Part shown: positions 10,977 through 22,484 of the stretch, piece by piece
Layout of the letters: the number at the start of each line of letters is the position of its first letter
Position numbering within the stretch: position 1 is the first letter of the stretch
Assembly: GCF_001194135.2 (NCBI RefSeq)
Contig: NC_068996.1
Location: forward strand, 31,409,631 to 31,447,163
Origin: Octopus bimaculoides
Taxonomy: Eukaryota
DNA length: 37,533 nt
Direction of reading: 5' to 3'
Made by a program: the position numbers and the translations under genes
The notes under the pieces: generated by a model
What the model saw: only the letters and a program-made list of their open reading frames with translations
Databases searched by the model: none
Told to the model about the DNA's origin: nothing

Positions 10977-11173
10977 TTATTATGATTGACCGTTGACTGA
11001 ACACAATTCAATTTTTTTTCTCCGTGTTTTTCTCCTTGTCTCCGTATTCTTTCTGATGAAGAGCGTAGCTCGAAACGTCAAAGACTTTCCGTATTCCCGA
11101 GCGTCATACTAATATATACTTTTGTTATTTACACCACCTGTCCTCGTCTGTTGTTATTATTTGTATATTCTCC
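10977..11173 (+). mobile_element. ~200-bp hammerhead-bearing unit (solo PLE pseudo-LTR piece or retrozyme-like)
   Basis: Flanked on both sides by (TACA)n. It is homologous to 26680-26874, with the same 3' boundary ATTCTCC followed by microsatellite. Confidence 0.8.
11048..11084 (+). ncRNA. Type I minimal hammerhead ribozyme
   Basis: UCUUU-CUGAUGA-A-GAGC(GUA)GCUC-GAAAC-GUC^AAAGA. Stem I is 5 bp, stem II is 4 bp, the core is complete, stem III is the palindrome ACGU, and the GUC cleavage triplet ends at 11079. Confidence 0.85.
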
Positions 11174-11330
11174 TACATACATACATACCCTGTTGTTGAT
11201 GTTGAAATTCCAATGAAAGAGCCTTGGATCTAGGTTAGAAAACGGTTCTCTATTGGTAAGAAATCGTGAAATAAACGGAATAATGACATACATACATACA
11301 TATATACATGCATATATACATACATATATC

Positions 11331-14300
11331 TAAGCTGCACCCTCGTTACAAGAGAAAAGCCATTGCCAAAAAAGACTTACTGTAATGATTCACTATTGTT
11401 TTCATGTGATGCCCTTATATGACGTTTAAGCCCAGCCAAGCTTTTACACATTTTATTACATACTGCACAGCTGGGCTGGCTGGCAGGAGAAACAGGTGCC
11501 ACCGTATACACTCTCTTAAAATGTCTTTTCTGACCTCCAACAGAGAGGCATACTCTTCCACATTTTACACATATTCTATTGTGAATTATTATAGTCACAT
11601 CGCTGTTTATCATTGGTCAATTCCTGTGAGATTTTTGATGGCTGACCTGGCCTGCACACTCAAACACCTCCTCTCACAAACCACATGTACAAAAAGTTAC
11701 ACTCCAAACTCTCCACAGATTCCCTCCCTCTAACACCCCTCCTAATACTTTCATACTTCACTCTCTCCCTCTCAAGCTCCAAACAACCTCTGTGCGCTGT
11801 CTTCCGCCATCCATCCCGATCCTATGCGTCCCTCTTCCAATCATCAACTGAAATTTATTTCTGTATTAGAGCATTTTTAAGGCAATCCTTAAACCTTAGT
11901 TTAGGTTTATGCACTAGTCTCTCTTGCCGTTTTCCAGCTCACCATATAGTAGCTGTTTGGGAAGTCTCTCACTACTCATCCTTACCAGAGCCCCTTCCCC
12001 CACCTCAAACGTCTTTGCAGAATCATTGACTCTATACTTCTACTGCCACTCCTCTCAAGCACCTCCACATTATTAATGGCTATTTTCCAGTTCATTCCCC
12101 AAATTCTTCTCAGACAGTATTGATGGTTGCCTACATGCCTACGGTAAATAACCCATGTCTCGCTTCCATATAGCAAAGATGGCAGGACGCACGTGTTATA
12201 TACCTTAATTTTAATTTGTGTAAATATATTACGTCTTGTCCACAGACGCCTATCAAGCCTACCAAAAGCACTACTAGCCCTGCTGATTCTGTATGAAATT
12301 TCATCATCAAGACCAGCAGTGCTCAAGGTAATTCCTAAATAAATAAATCTATACAGTTTCCGACCAGTTATAAAAGGTTCCACATCTTAGAGGGAGCAGG
12401 CAGGCACATTATAACAACTTTTTCAGATTGATCGTTTGACCCAATGCTGCACATGCTGTAGAAATCACATTCAGCATGTACAGCATGTACTGCATATCTT
12501 TCTGGGAATGTGCCAACAAGTCACAATCATCTGCATACAGATGAGAATGAGGTGAGAATGCAAAACTTTTGTTTTGGCACAGAGTCTTTTGAGATTGAAC
12601 AGTTTTCCCATTGTCCTATATCTTATATAGATCCCTTCCATGCAATCATCAAAAGCTATTTGAAATATTATTGCAAAAACACATAGCAAACAATGTAGGA
12701 GCAGAAGTATCACCTTGTGTTACACCATTTTCTACAGAAATTGGATCTGATAAGGTACCTCCAACATTAACACTCACTTCCATCTTGTCATGAAACTGTC
12801 TAAACATTCTCAAAATTTTTCAGGCCATCCTAGTTTTTTCAGGATCTTCCAAAGTGCAACTCTATTAACAGAATCAAACGCCTTCGTTAGATCCATCTCC
12901 TGTTCGATGCACTTCTTTTGAAACTGTCTAGCTGAAAATATCATATCCATAATACTCCTATTATCTTTAAACCCACATTGCGTTTCTTGTAGCACCTCAT
13001 CAGCAATGTGCAGAAGCAATCTGTCCAGCATTATCCTACAAAAGACCTTTCCAACAACAACTAACAGACAGAAGCCGCGATAACTATCAGATTCATATAT
13101 CTCCATAGTCGCATCACGCCAATCCGGAGGAACCTCTTCCCTGTGCCAAACCTTCTGAATCACATCCGTCAACGTTGTACAGAGATGATCACCACTATAT
13201 TTATATACATCTGAACCTAGTCCATCCATACCAGGGTCCTTCTATTGTTCAATTTCCCGATTGCCGCTTTTATTTCAACCAGGTTTGGAACCTCTGCTAA
13301 AAGATGTTTTGTTGGTCTCTCAGGTATATTATCAAGAAAAGAGAGGTCAACTTCAATGAGCCTATTGAGCAGCTCATGCTCTTTTCTTGTCCCAACAATA
13401 TCTTTACGATTTGCTGATAATTCTGTGCCATCCTTACTCCAAGTGACGCAACTGTTAATGAAACTGGTCCATAAACCTTTTCCAAGAGAGAATAAAACAA
13501 TGTTTTGAAGCTTCTTGAATTTCATCGCATCTATCAATCCACCAATTTTCCTGCTTCTTTTACTGCCTTGAAATGTGTAGCTACTATGTAGCTGACATGA
13601 CAACATTTTGCAACATGTTGAATGCCTTTCGCTTCTCCTCTAGGATAAAACTAATTTATTTATCATTATCATCAAACCAATCTTCGTGCTTTTTTACAGC
13701 AAAGCCAAGAATGTTACTACAAACCTCATATACTCTTTCATTGAATGACTTCCAACTTCCATCATAAGACAAATTATTTATGTCTCTCACAAAGTCATTG
13801 TGTACTGACGGTATCTTATGTTTATTGACATTAATCGGTTTAGGTAACTTGTCATTGTTTGCTCTAACCTTAGGCTTGACAACAAAATTCACCTTGGCAT
13901 GCAAAAGCCTATGGTCGGTCCAGCACTCTGCACCGCACATGACTCGCACAATAGCAAAATCCCTAGTATCCCGTTTCCTATTGAGGATGCAATCTATAAG
14001 ATGTCATTTGTTAGAACCAGGGTGCGTCCATGTAGTTTTATACCTATTTTTTAGTTGAAACATTATGTAATAGTAGTAAATCATTACTGTTGAAACTCCC
14101 AACCCCATGCCTTCCTAAGACACCCCAGGTCTCCCAATCTGCACCAACGTGAGCATTAAAATCAACTAAAATGACAACTTCGTCATCAGGTGGGATGCTG
14201 CGTATAATCTCTGCAAGTGATAGATAGAAGGCGAATTTATCATCCTCTGATGAATTCATAGTTGGAGCATCTATAATATATTAAAAGTATGTTTGAATCT

Positions 14301-16408
14301 TGCTTGCTTGCAATGTTACCCAGCCAACCTGGCGCAGAATGGGAAAATACTATGAATTAAGTTTACCCTGAAATGCTAATACTAACGTTATAAATAGTTT
14401 TGCGTAAATCGGAACAGTAGTTATTGAGGTATTCGAGATTTGGGGGTATAGATACCCAAAACGGTGTATAATGGGAAAATGTTCCGAATATAACTTCATC
14501 TTGAAGGGAAGAAATTCTAACCTTTCGATTAGACAGTGATTTGACAACGAAGAAATACGATTTGTTTTTTTATAGTAAATGTTTCTATTTTCGCTTCTGT
14601 TAGACACAATATTTTAATCATTTAGAAATATTTGTAAGTGAATGTGATTTCAAGAATGTAAGTTGTTTGTACAGTATGTATTTATACTTTAGCTTTCTTT
14701 AAAGACAATATTTGAATGTTTTTTTAAAAATTATTTTCAAGTGACAAAAACTTTTTGGCATATTTAAAAACTATCTTAAAGTGAAAATTACTTTAAAATT
14801 ACGGTAAATATTCGTAAAAGACCCATTCGTAACCGCGGTGTGAAATAACTTTTTTCATGTTTTTTTTTTTTGGTGCATTCTACGTATCTCACATCAAAAG
14901 ATTTGGCTGCTACTTTTAGCATGCCCTGCTACCACATAAAATCTATTTGCGATAAAGGACCCCAAAATACTTGTTACGTGCAAAAAATAGCAGCCAGGTC
15001 TGTCCTTTTCTGGGGGAAGGGAGTCGTTTACGCGTGATTTCGATGTCACACTGGTTGAAAGCATGTGAAATAACCTGGAAAAGAAAAAGAACTCATGAAA
15101 CAAAACTCTGTTATTGGAAAACTCAGACTTTCCCGGTGACCCAACGGGTCACGGTAGTCTAGCATTTACTTATGAGTGTTGCAAAGTGACCTTTTCTTAA
15201 CAGAAGTCTTAAAGACATCAAGCGATTGGAATGACATGGTAGTTCCTCAAGTTTTGAAACCAAAGTAGTTTTGATTGAAAATCCCACTCCTGATTCTTTC
15301 TTATAGGTCTCATCTCTACCGCTCCAAAATAAATGATACCCAGCAGATTTCTCTACAAAATTCCATTTTCCATGAATTCTTGTTTCGGCTAATGCTACAA
15401 CATCCATATCTTTTGCAACAAGCACAGATCTTCTTTCCGGACAAGATTTCAGACGATCATTGTCTATTAAAGTTCGAACGTTCCAACATCCTATATTCAT
15501 AGGCTTGTATCTTAATCTAAATTTACTCACAGTTTCAGGATGACGACCGAACTCAGGCTGTGATACCTTGGGACACCTGCCGGGCCACCCATAGAACAAA
15601 ATGTTCCAGAGCCTTTTTTGCCATTTGCTTCAGCATCAATATCAACTTTCATTGTTTAATTGTGCCTCTTTAAGCTTCGGCCAGCCATGTACATACAAGA
15701 TGTCCATTTCTTTTTCCTTTCCAGCAATACCTGTGCTTAACACTTTTTAATGTGAAGAAAAAGTTTGCACAGCAACTATTCCCACTCTCTAAGCTACAAA
15801 GCATGATCCAAAAAGAAGAGCAAGTCGACATCATTGGATGCATTTGCAGTCATAGGCTTTATATCAGAGTGTCCCTCTCCCAGTCCTTGCCCAATCAAAG
15901 ATCAACAATAAGTTAGCAGTGAAGTATTAACATTTAGAGTTACCTTCTCCTAGATAGACCGTCTTCGCCACAGCTTGAGTAAACAAAGGAGATCCATCCA
16001 CCCGTTATCTATTTATCATACGAAAAAAAAGGGTAAAAATAAAATTAAAATTAAAAATTGAGATACAATCGAGTAAAAATAAGAATAAAAATTGAGATAC
16101 AACATATACAATATAAAAACACAATACATACAATTTGGAATACAATATATACAATAAATGTACACATACACACACACAATCAAACGCTCCACACACCTAT
16201 CCACAAACACTCGTTGTTGAATAGCCGTTGACTACAGTGTAGTTCTTCCGCCCTTTGACGGGTGTCACTTTTTGTCCTGCAGGGTATCCAACAATCACCC
16301 TCCTCACCAAGCACGTTTGGTGGGGTTGCCAGTTTAGTCACCGACCACCCGACTATGTAACAGGTTGTATTGGGTTATATGTTACCAGTAGCGCTTAAGA
16401 AAGACCTG
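11331..16408 (-). mobile_element. RTE-clade LINE, near full length (5' UTR, APE, RT, C-terminal C2H2-like motif), degenerate and interrupted by a Helitron
   Basis: APE: NIGCWNVRTL...VALAETR...LFWSG...ESGVGF...SNRLMSLRL, (Y)APTMN...VILVDFNAHVG, TDHRLL. RT: DLTKAFDSVNR, VTQGDTSAP, TCVLPSLLYGSETW. C-terminus: CAVCNKMCKSLAGLKRHIRASH. There are many stops and frameshifts. The 5' limit (16000-16408) is less certain than the coding part. Confidence 0.9.
14270..15162 (+). mobile_element. Non-autonomous Helitron, 893 bp
   Basis: Begins A|TCTATAATATATTAAAAG and ends with a GTGACCC-AAC-GGGTCAC hairpin (15136-15152) followed by TAGTCTAG. There is no target-site duplication. Removing it rejoins the RTE APE frame as ...LISK-C-APTMN. 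Confidence 0.9.
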
Positions 16409-16520
16409 ATATACATACATACATGCATACATACATGGATACATACATACATACATACATACATACATACATACATACATACATACATACATACATACAT
16501 ACATGCATACATACATACAT
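16409..16520. repeat. (TACA)n microsatellite
   Basis: Seen directly. Confidence 0.95.
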
Positions 16521-16590
16521 AAAAAACATGCAGATATATAGGCATGTGTTTCTATATTTACTTATTGATTTCTTAATATTATCCATATGT

Positions 16591-16764
16591 AAGTCGGCTA
16601 GCTGGCAGAAACGTTAGCACGACGGGCGTAATGCTTAGCGGTATTTCGTCTGTCTTTACGTTTTGAGTTCAAATTCCGCCGAGGTCGACTTTGCCTTTCA
16701 TTCTTTCGGGGTCGATAAATTAAGTCCCAGTTGCGTACTGGGATCGATCTAATCGACTGGCCCC
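16591..16764 (+). mobile_element. tRNA-derived SINE, family A (head and central domain)
   Basis: GCTGGCAGAAACGTTAGCAC...GAGTTCAAATTCCGCC (B box)...GCCTTTCATTCTTTCGGGGTCGATAAATTAAGT. Reverse-strand homologues lie at 16937-16995, 17050-17245, 20003-20220 and 23480-23674. Confidence 0.88.
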
Positions 16765-16925
16765 GATGCTGGTGTGTTTACGTCCCTGTAACTTAGCTGT
16801 TCGGCAAAAGAGACCAATAGAATAAGTACCAGGCTTACAAAGAATAAGTCCTGGGCTCGATTTGCTCGACTAAAGGCGGTGCTCCAGCATGGCCACAGTC
16901 AAATGACTGAAACAAGTAAAAGAGT
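16763..16925 (+). mobile_element. SINE family B 3' half and tail, fused directly to the family A head
   Basis: GATGCTGGTGTGTTTACGTCCC...GGCGGTGCTCCAGCATGGCCACAGTCAAATGACTGAAACAAGTAAAAGA is the reverse complement of the 28116-28290 type sequence. Confidence 0.88.
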
Positions 16926-16936
16926 ATACACGGTAT

Positions 16937-16995
16937 ACACGAAATACCGCTAAGCATTTTGTACAGCGTTCTAACGATTCTGTCAGCTCGTCGCT
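16937..16995 (-). mobile_element. SINE family A head fragment
   Basis: Reverse complement of the 16591-16650 head. Confidence 0.8.
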
Positions 16996-17049
16996 TTAAC
17001 AGCAGCAGCAGCAGCAGCAACAACAACAACAACAATGACTATTATTAAT

Positions 17050-17245
17050 ATTATAAGCACAAGGCCTGAAATTTGGAGGCGGCGAGGAAATTAGCCGACT
17101 ACATCAACCCCAGTGTTTCATTGGTACTTAATTTAACTAACCCGAAAGTCGACCTCTGCGAAATTAGAAATCAGAACGTAGCGACGAGCAAATTACCGCT
17201 AAGCATTTCTACCAGCGTTCTAACGATTCCGCTAGTTCGCCGCAT
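17050..17245 (-). mobile_element. SINE family A copy
   Basis: Reverse-complement homology to 16591-16764, plus the GCACAAGGCCTGAAATT tail. Confidence 0.85.
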
Positions 17246-17259
17246 TAATAATAATAATG

Positions 17260-18308
17260 ATAATTCGCATAGAAGAGTAATCAAAAGTGCAATGGAAAAG
17301 CTGAAAAGAAAGTGCAAAGGCATATCTTGAAACGAAGCCTCAAATTAAAAAGACAGGGCTCAAAGCTGTCATCGAAAACCTAAAAAAAAACGAGAGCAGG
17401 CAAAAACATTGAGGGTGCAGCGCTACACTGGTCGCATATCGCAGTTCCAACAAAACCGGTTATTCTCAAATAATCAGATGCAGTTTTTTAAGGGCTTAGG
17501 TGGAAATATAGAAGATAATACACCTCCTGAAGAAGAAGAAACCCGCCAATTTTGGAATAACATCTGGGGGCAAGACGTTTGATACAACCACAGTGCTGAG
17601 TGGATGCTCAACATCCTTAAAAAACCTTATTCAGAGACCTTTTGAGCGGGATGGGCTACTCGACCTGAAGAAAATTCTAACTGGGCCCCACCTGCGAGGT
17701 CATGCGCTGTCTATCTTGATATGTAGCTTAAAAAAAAGTACAACATAAATAGAATAAATGAAATTGATGAAGCAATTTTTAAAAAATCAAGCAAATTATC
17801 CCAAGCCAAAGCAACATGGATAAGGAGGGTCGAAAAAAGAGCAAACTTCTTCAAGGATAACAATATGTTCCGGAACAAGCCTAAAAGGAAAATTGTGAAA
17901 ACTAATATAATTATTAAAACCACTGAAGGGAAGTATAAAAGTTCTCGACATCGATTTGGTGTCACCCCAAAGAACACAATCGTGATGCCATTGGATTCAT
18001 CTCTGCAATAGGATTATGCATGACCCCAGGAATATCCCTTTCTGGAACTTATTTCCAGAAAATGACTCAAGTAAAAAGCACAAAAACTACCGACCGACTA
18101 CATGCCTTACAATCATGTACACAATTGTAATATCCATAATTACTGAATGTACATATGCCTTCCTGATGAGCAACAAAATATTCCCCAGCGAACAAAAGGT
18201 TTGTAAACATGTTTCTTATGGTTGTAAAGACTAAATCAATAAAATGGTGCTTGACGACTGTCACAAACGACGCAAAAATCTTTCTACTGCATGGATTGAC
18301 TATAAAAC
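17260..18308 (+). mobile_element. R4/Dong-like non-LTR retrotransposon fragments (pre-RT region and RT N-terminus); 17705-17990 is a second, related pre-RT piece
   Basis: Reads RVQRYTGRISQFQQNRLFSNNQ...RQFWNNIWG...YNHSAEW; a second copy of the pre-RT motif WIRRVEKRANFFKDNNMF; then NYRPTTCLTIMY...SEQKVC...GCKD...RKNLSTAWIDYK. Confidence 0.82.
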
Positions 18309-19720
18309 ACCCAGCTCACTGTTAAAGAGGCACTGGAGTTATCGTAGCCTCAGCATATGTCTGCGTATCAACAGCCACGGCATGCCCAGTCCTCTATTCA
18401 GCAACGCTGTCACACCACGGATTACAATACTAGAATTCTTGCGTTCTGTTGCCAGTCACAATAGACATCCACAAAATTATCATCGAACAAGTCTGACATA
18501 TGAAGATAAAGCTTGAAGGACCGACCATCCAGCCTCCTATTTCTGTGGTAGGGTGGGGGTAGAAGCCTATAAAATGGTTTGTGCCCCCTCAGTGGTCGCA
18601 TTTAGGCTTTCTACCTTCTACGATAACACGCAGTTCGACTCCAGCAGCTATATGTTTTTGGGTTTCACATTAAGAAAAATATCTATGTTTATCCCGGGCA
18701 AGTTCTCTCTGCTGCTTCGTTTAACTTCTAGGAGCGGCTCCAAGTCATCTAATACAACGCAGGCCACAATCCACCAGATTTTCACGCCTAGTGGAACATC
18801 CGATATCCTTAGCCAGGCAGTTATTTCCGAGAAGTACGTCGGATATAGAACTCATTCCTCACTCCAACGAGAAATCACCGAATGCTTTTGCGCGAGTCCT
18901 CACTTTTGAAGAGGACCCCTATGCTTGCAAACTGCCTTCTTCTTTGCTTGTAGATCACATCTTCCGTAATGTTCTTCAGAGCCTTCTCCACTTGACTGAT
19001 TGTTGCCAGTTCGGCTCGCTTATTTTTTAGAGATAATCTCTAATAAGCTATTCGTCTATGATTTCTTTTATGATTTCTTCTATGATTTCTGGAGGCACAA
19101 GTACCGCTGCCTTCCTCACTCAAATTTAATATATATGTATATTTTTTTTGGCTTGGACCAATTCCCTATTCAGGGCTAGCGGAAGCATTTCTTTTTTTTT
19201 TGCGCTAGCCACGTCGGAAAAACTTCTTAATTTGTTGTTATGAAATTTTTTGCTGGTTTTGTTGTTGTTATTGATGTTAGTAGTGGTGGTGTCATTGCCT
19301 TTATTCTCTGGTGTAGTTGTTGTTCATGTTCTCGGCGTTTTTTGTTCATTATGTTTCCTTTTTTTGTGTAAATACTGTTTGTTGTTGTAGTGGTTGTGGT
19401 TTGCTGTTGCCAGTGGTGGCAGTGGTAGGATTGCTATTGTTGCTACTGTTTTACCGTTGCTTAAGTTCGTGATACTACTGGTGATGGTGATTTTCCTGCA
19501 ACGTTGCATGCTTTTCGTGCTCCTACATTATTTAGGTTATTATTCTGGTTGTTGCCGCTGCCGCCTCTGTCGGCCGTTATATCGCAGCTTTCTAGGATAT
19601 TGAGTGACGGAAGAGGGTGAAAGTCTTCGTCACTGTGGGAGGGCTGGTGAGAGGAACAGTTCTCCTCCACTATTCTCCCATGATGGTTGTTAAAGACGCC
19701 ATCTTGTATATGTATTTCTC
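18309..19720 (-). mobile_element. L1/Tx1-like LINE 5' part: 5' UTR, decayed ORF1 with CCHC zinc knuckle, and a possible APE start
   Basis: The minus strand reads LRISDVPLGV...VIVEGRKPK C-D-H-*-GGTN-H-FIGF-Y, i.e. CX2CX4HX4C spacing with two Cys mutated, at ~18560-18630. The N-terminus is low complexity (ORF 19461-19670). RGVTALLNRGL near 18400 resembles the L1 APE. Confidence 0.6.
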
Positions 19721-19847
19721 TTTAAACTAAACGGCCGTTTTGTGAAAGTAAAATATTGCCCCTTACTGGACAAAAAACAATCACAGAACATCAGCCAAGA
19801 GATTCTTGGTGTTCTTATTAAACAAATTAAAATAAAACTTTAGTACA

Positions 19848-19918
19848 TAAAAGGCGGTGTTTCAGCATGGCCACAGTCAAATGACTGAAATAAGTAGAAG
19901 AATAAAAGAATAAAAGCA
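19848..19918 (+). mobile_element. SINE family B tail fragment
   Basis: AAAGGCGGTGTTTCAGCATGGCCACAGTCAAATGACTGAAATAAGTAGAAGAATAAAAGA. Confidence 0.8.
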
Positions 19919-20002
19919 TTGACAAAAAGATGAAAACATTGATTATAACGTGACTGACATAGCATGTTCAAAAGTGCGTTTGTAAATATAACAATAATGA
20001 AA

Positions 20003-20220
20003 ATCCTTTCTACTAAAGGCACAAGGCCTAACATTTTGGGGGAGGAAGCTAGTCGATTACATCAACGTCAGTATTTCACTGGTACTTAATTTTATTGATC
20101 CCGAAAGGATGACAAGCAGAGTCGACCCTGACGTCATTTCAACTCAGAACGTAAGGACGGACGAAATGCTGAATTAAGCATTTTGCCCGGTGTTCTAACA
20201 ATTCTGCCAGCTCGCCTCCT
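20003..20220 (-). mobile_element. SINE family A copy
   Basis: Reverse-complement homology to 16591-16764, including the tail ATCCTTTCTACTAAAGGCACAAGGCC. Confidence 0.85.
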
Positions 20221-20221
20221 T

Positions 20222-20725
<504 letters not shown>

Positions 20726-22169
20726 ATGATGTAGCGCCTAAACTAAATTTAATTTGATGTGGCATCCTTCCATTGTGCAAGTTCGGCTTTTGTGATTTGA
20801 ACAATCTTGTGATTTTTCCGTCGTTTTCGATAGTTCTCGAATTCTTTTATTTTGCTTGCCTTTGAATCTGCGTTAATTTCTGTATTCTTAATGAAGAGTT
20901 CATTGATAAAAATCATTTTGGGTGGAATCGAACTGCTTTTTTTTTTCACAAATATGTTGTCTCACTCCATTACAACGGAATCTCAGTAATTTAGATGAGG
21001 ATCTGTCTCATATTTCATATCTTCTTTGATTTCGGATACTCCTTGTTTTTATTGTTATATATTTCGTCTTTCTTTATTCCCAAGCTGTCATTTCCTTTCT
21101 TATCTAATGTTATTAGAAGTATAGAGACATTCAGTTCTCTATTTTTACTGTATGATTGTTTCCATGTCATTGCTTGGGTTTTGATATTTCTATTTGAGCA
21201 AGAGGGGTGGTGATCACTTTCCTTCAAAGACTACTACAATGATAACTTCATTTGGCCAGTTGATATTGATGTTTGTGTCTGCTTTTCATTAATCTTATGA
21301 TAGAATGGTTTGCAAATAAATTTTATATTGATTTTAATTATTTAATTACATCCAGCTTTAAATGATTATCGTTTTCATATTTGTATTATTTGAATGTGCT
21401 GTTTATTTGCATATTTTGAACACTTCATCTGTTTATATTTTTGTTCCTTTGGCTTTAATTGCTGAGGTCTTATTGGTTGGTATTCTGTAAGTATTTAAGT
21501 ATTTATTTTTGTGGACATTAGGTCTGTCTTCGTGATTTACTTTGTGAATGTTTATTTTCGTTCATTACATTTTTATTTTCTATTTACATTTTCATTATAT
21601 ATTCTCTTTTTACTGTCTTAAATTAGCTGATCTGTGAAGATCAAAAGTTATTTGTATAAAAATACAAAAGTTCGATTTTTGATTACAGAGTAAAATATTT
21701 ATGCAACATAGAAAACTGTTCCTTTCGTACTCAATTATGCCCATCCTCAAATTTTGCATGAAAATATCTTGGTTTCGTATTTTGAGTTGGGAGCTATATA
21801 AAACATGTATGCGTTGTATTAAAGAAACCTATTCCACTCGAGTCCATTCATTCTTTTCTGCTTCATCTTTGAGAACTGAAAAGTAAGTTCCGTCTTCTTA
21901 TTTGTATATCCACCGTTTCTGTAGGCTATTGGTTTATGTCTTTTTTCAATGTGAAATTTTGCAGGTTCAGTTTTTACATATGCTATTTAAAGTTTGTTTT
22001 AATTTTGCTTTAATGAATGATAATACTTTTATCTGATTTTATATGGAAGAACCGAATTGGTCTGGTGTTGATATAAATTGTGTTTTGTTTATTCATACAT
22101 GGTGGCTGATCGTCAGTCAGTAAGTACATTTGTAATACATTACATATACTAGATCGAATGCAATTGAAA

Positions 22170-22268
<99 letters not shown>

Positions 22269-22411
22269 ACTGCTACTGCTACTGCTGCTGCTGTTCTGAC
22301 TACTGCTGCCGCTGCTCTGGCTGATGTTGCTGCTGGTGATGGTGTTAGAGGTAATGTTAATGGTTTTACCATCACCAACGCAACCACCACCACCATCACC
22401 ACCATAACCAT

Positions 22412-22455
<44 letters not shown>

Positions 22456-22484
22456 TTACTACTACTACTACTACTACTACTACT
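22170..22484. repeat. Compound (CTA)n/(CTG)n/(CCA)n trinucleotide repeat
   Basis: Seen directly; it explains the poly-Thr/Ala/Ser/Val ORFs. Confidence 0.95.

Larger units (their letters stand above)
10690..11330 (+). mobile_element. 3' end of an RLE-type non-LTR retrotransposon with (TACA)n-associated 3' UTR, interrupted by the element at 10977-11173
   Basis: Reads FRFITVIIGALGYVIHCLNTNLEK...RKLIRKLHIQSISGTVKICKTFQK; the IIGALG motif matches the RLE C-terminus at 20460. (TACA)n tracts follow. That 11188-11290 belongs to the same UTR is inferred. Confidence 0.7.

Noticed and set aside
20727-21260. Lys/Ile/Asn-rich minus-strand ORFs, possibly LINE remnants
   Set aside because: No diagnostic motif; the composition is explained by AT richness.
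21689-21882. Candidate exon (ACAG acceptor, open frame, AA|GTAAGT donor)
   Set aside because: The peptide is unrecognisable and the acceptor is weak. The opposite strand shows faint decayed L1-RT similarity (EAEK..RVE...VLYSS), so neither reading is supportable.
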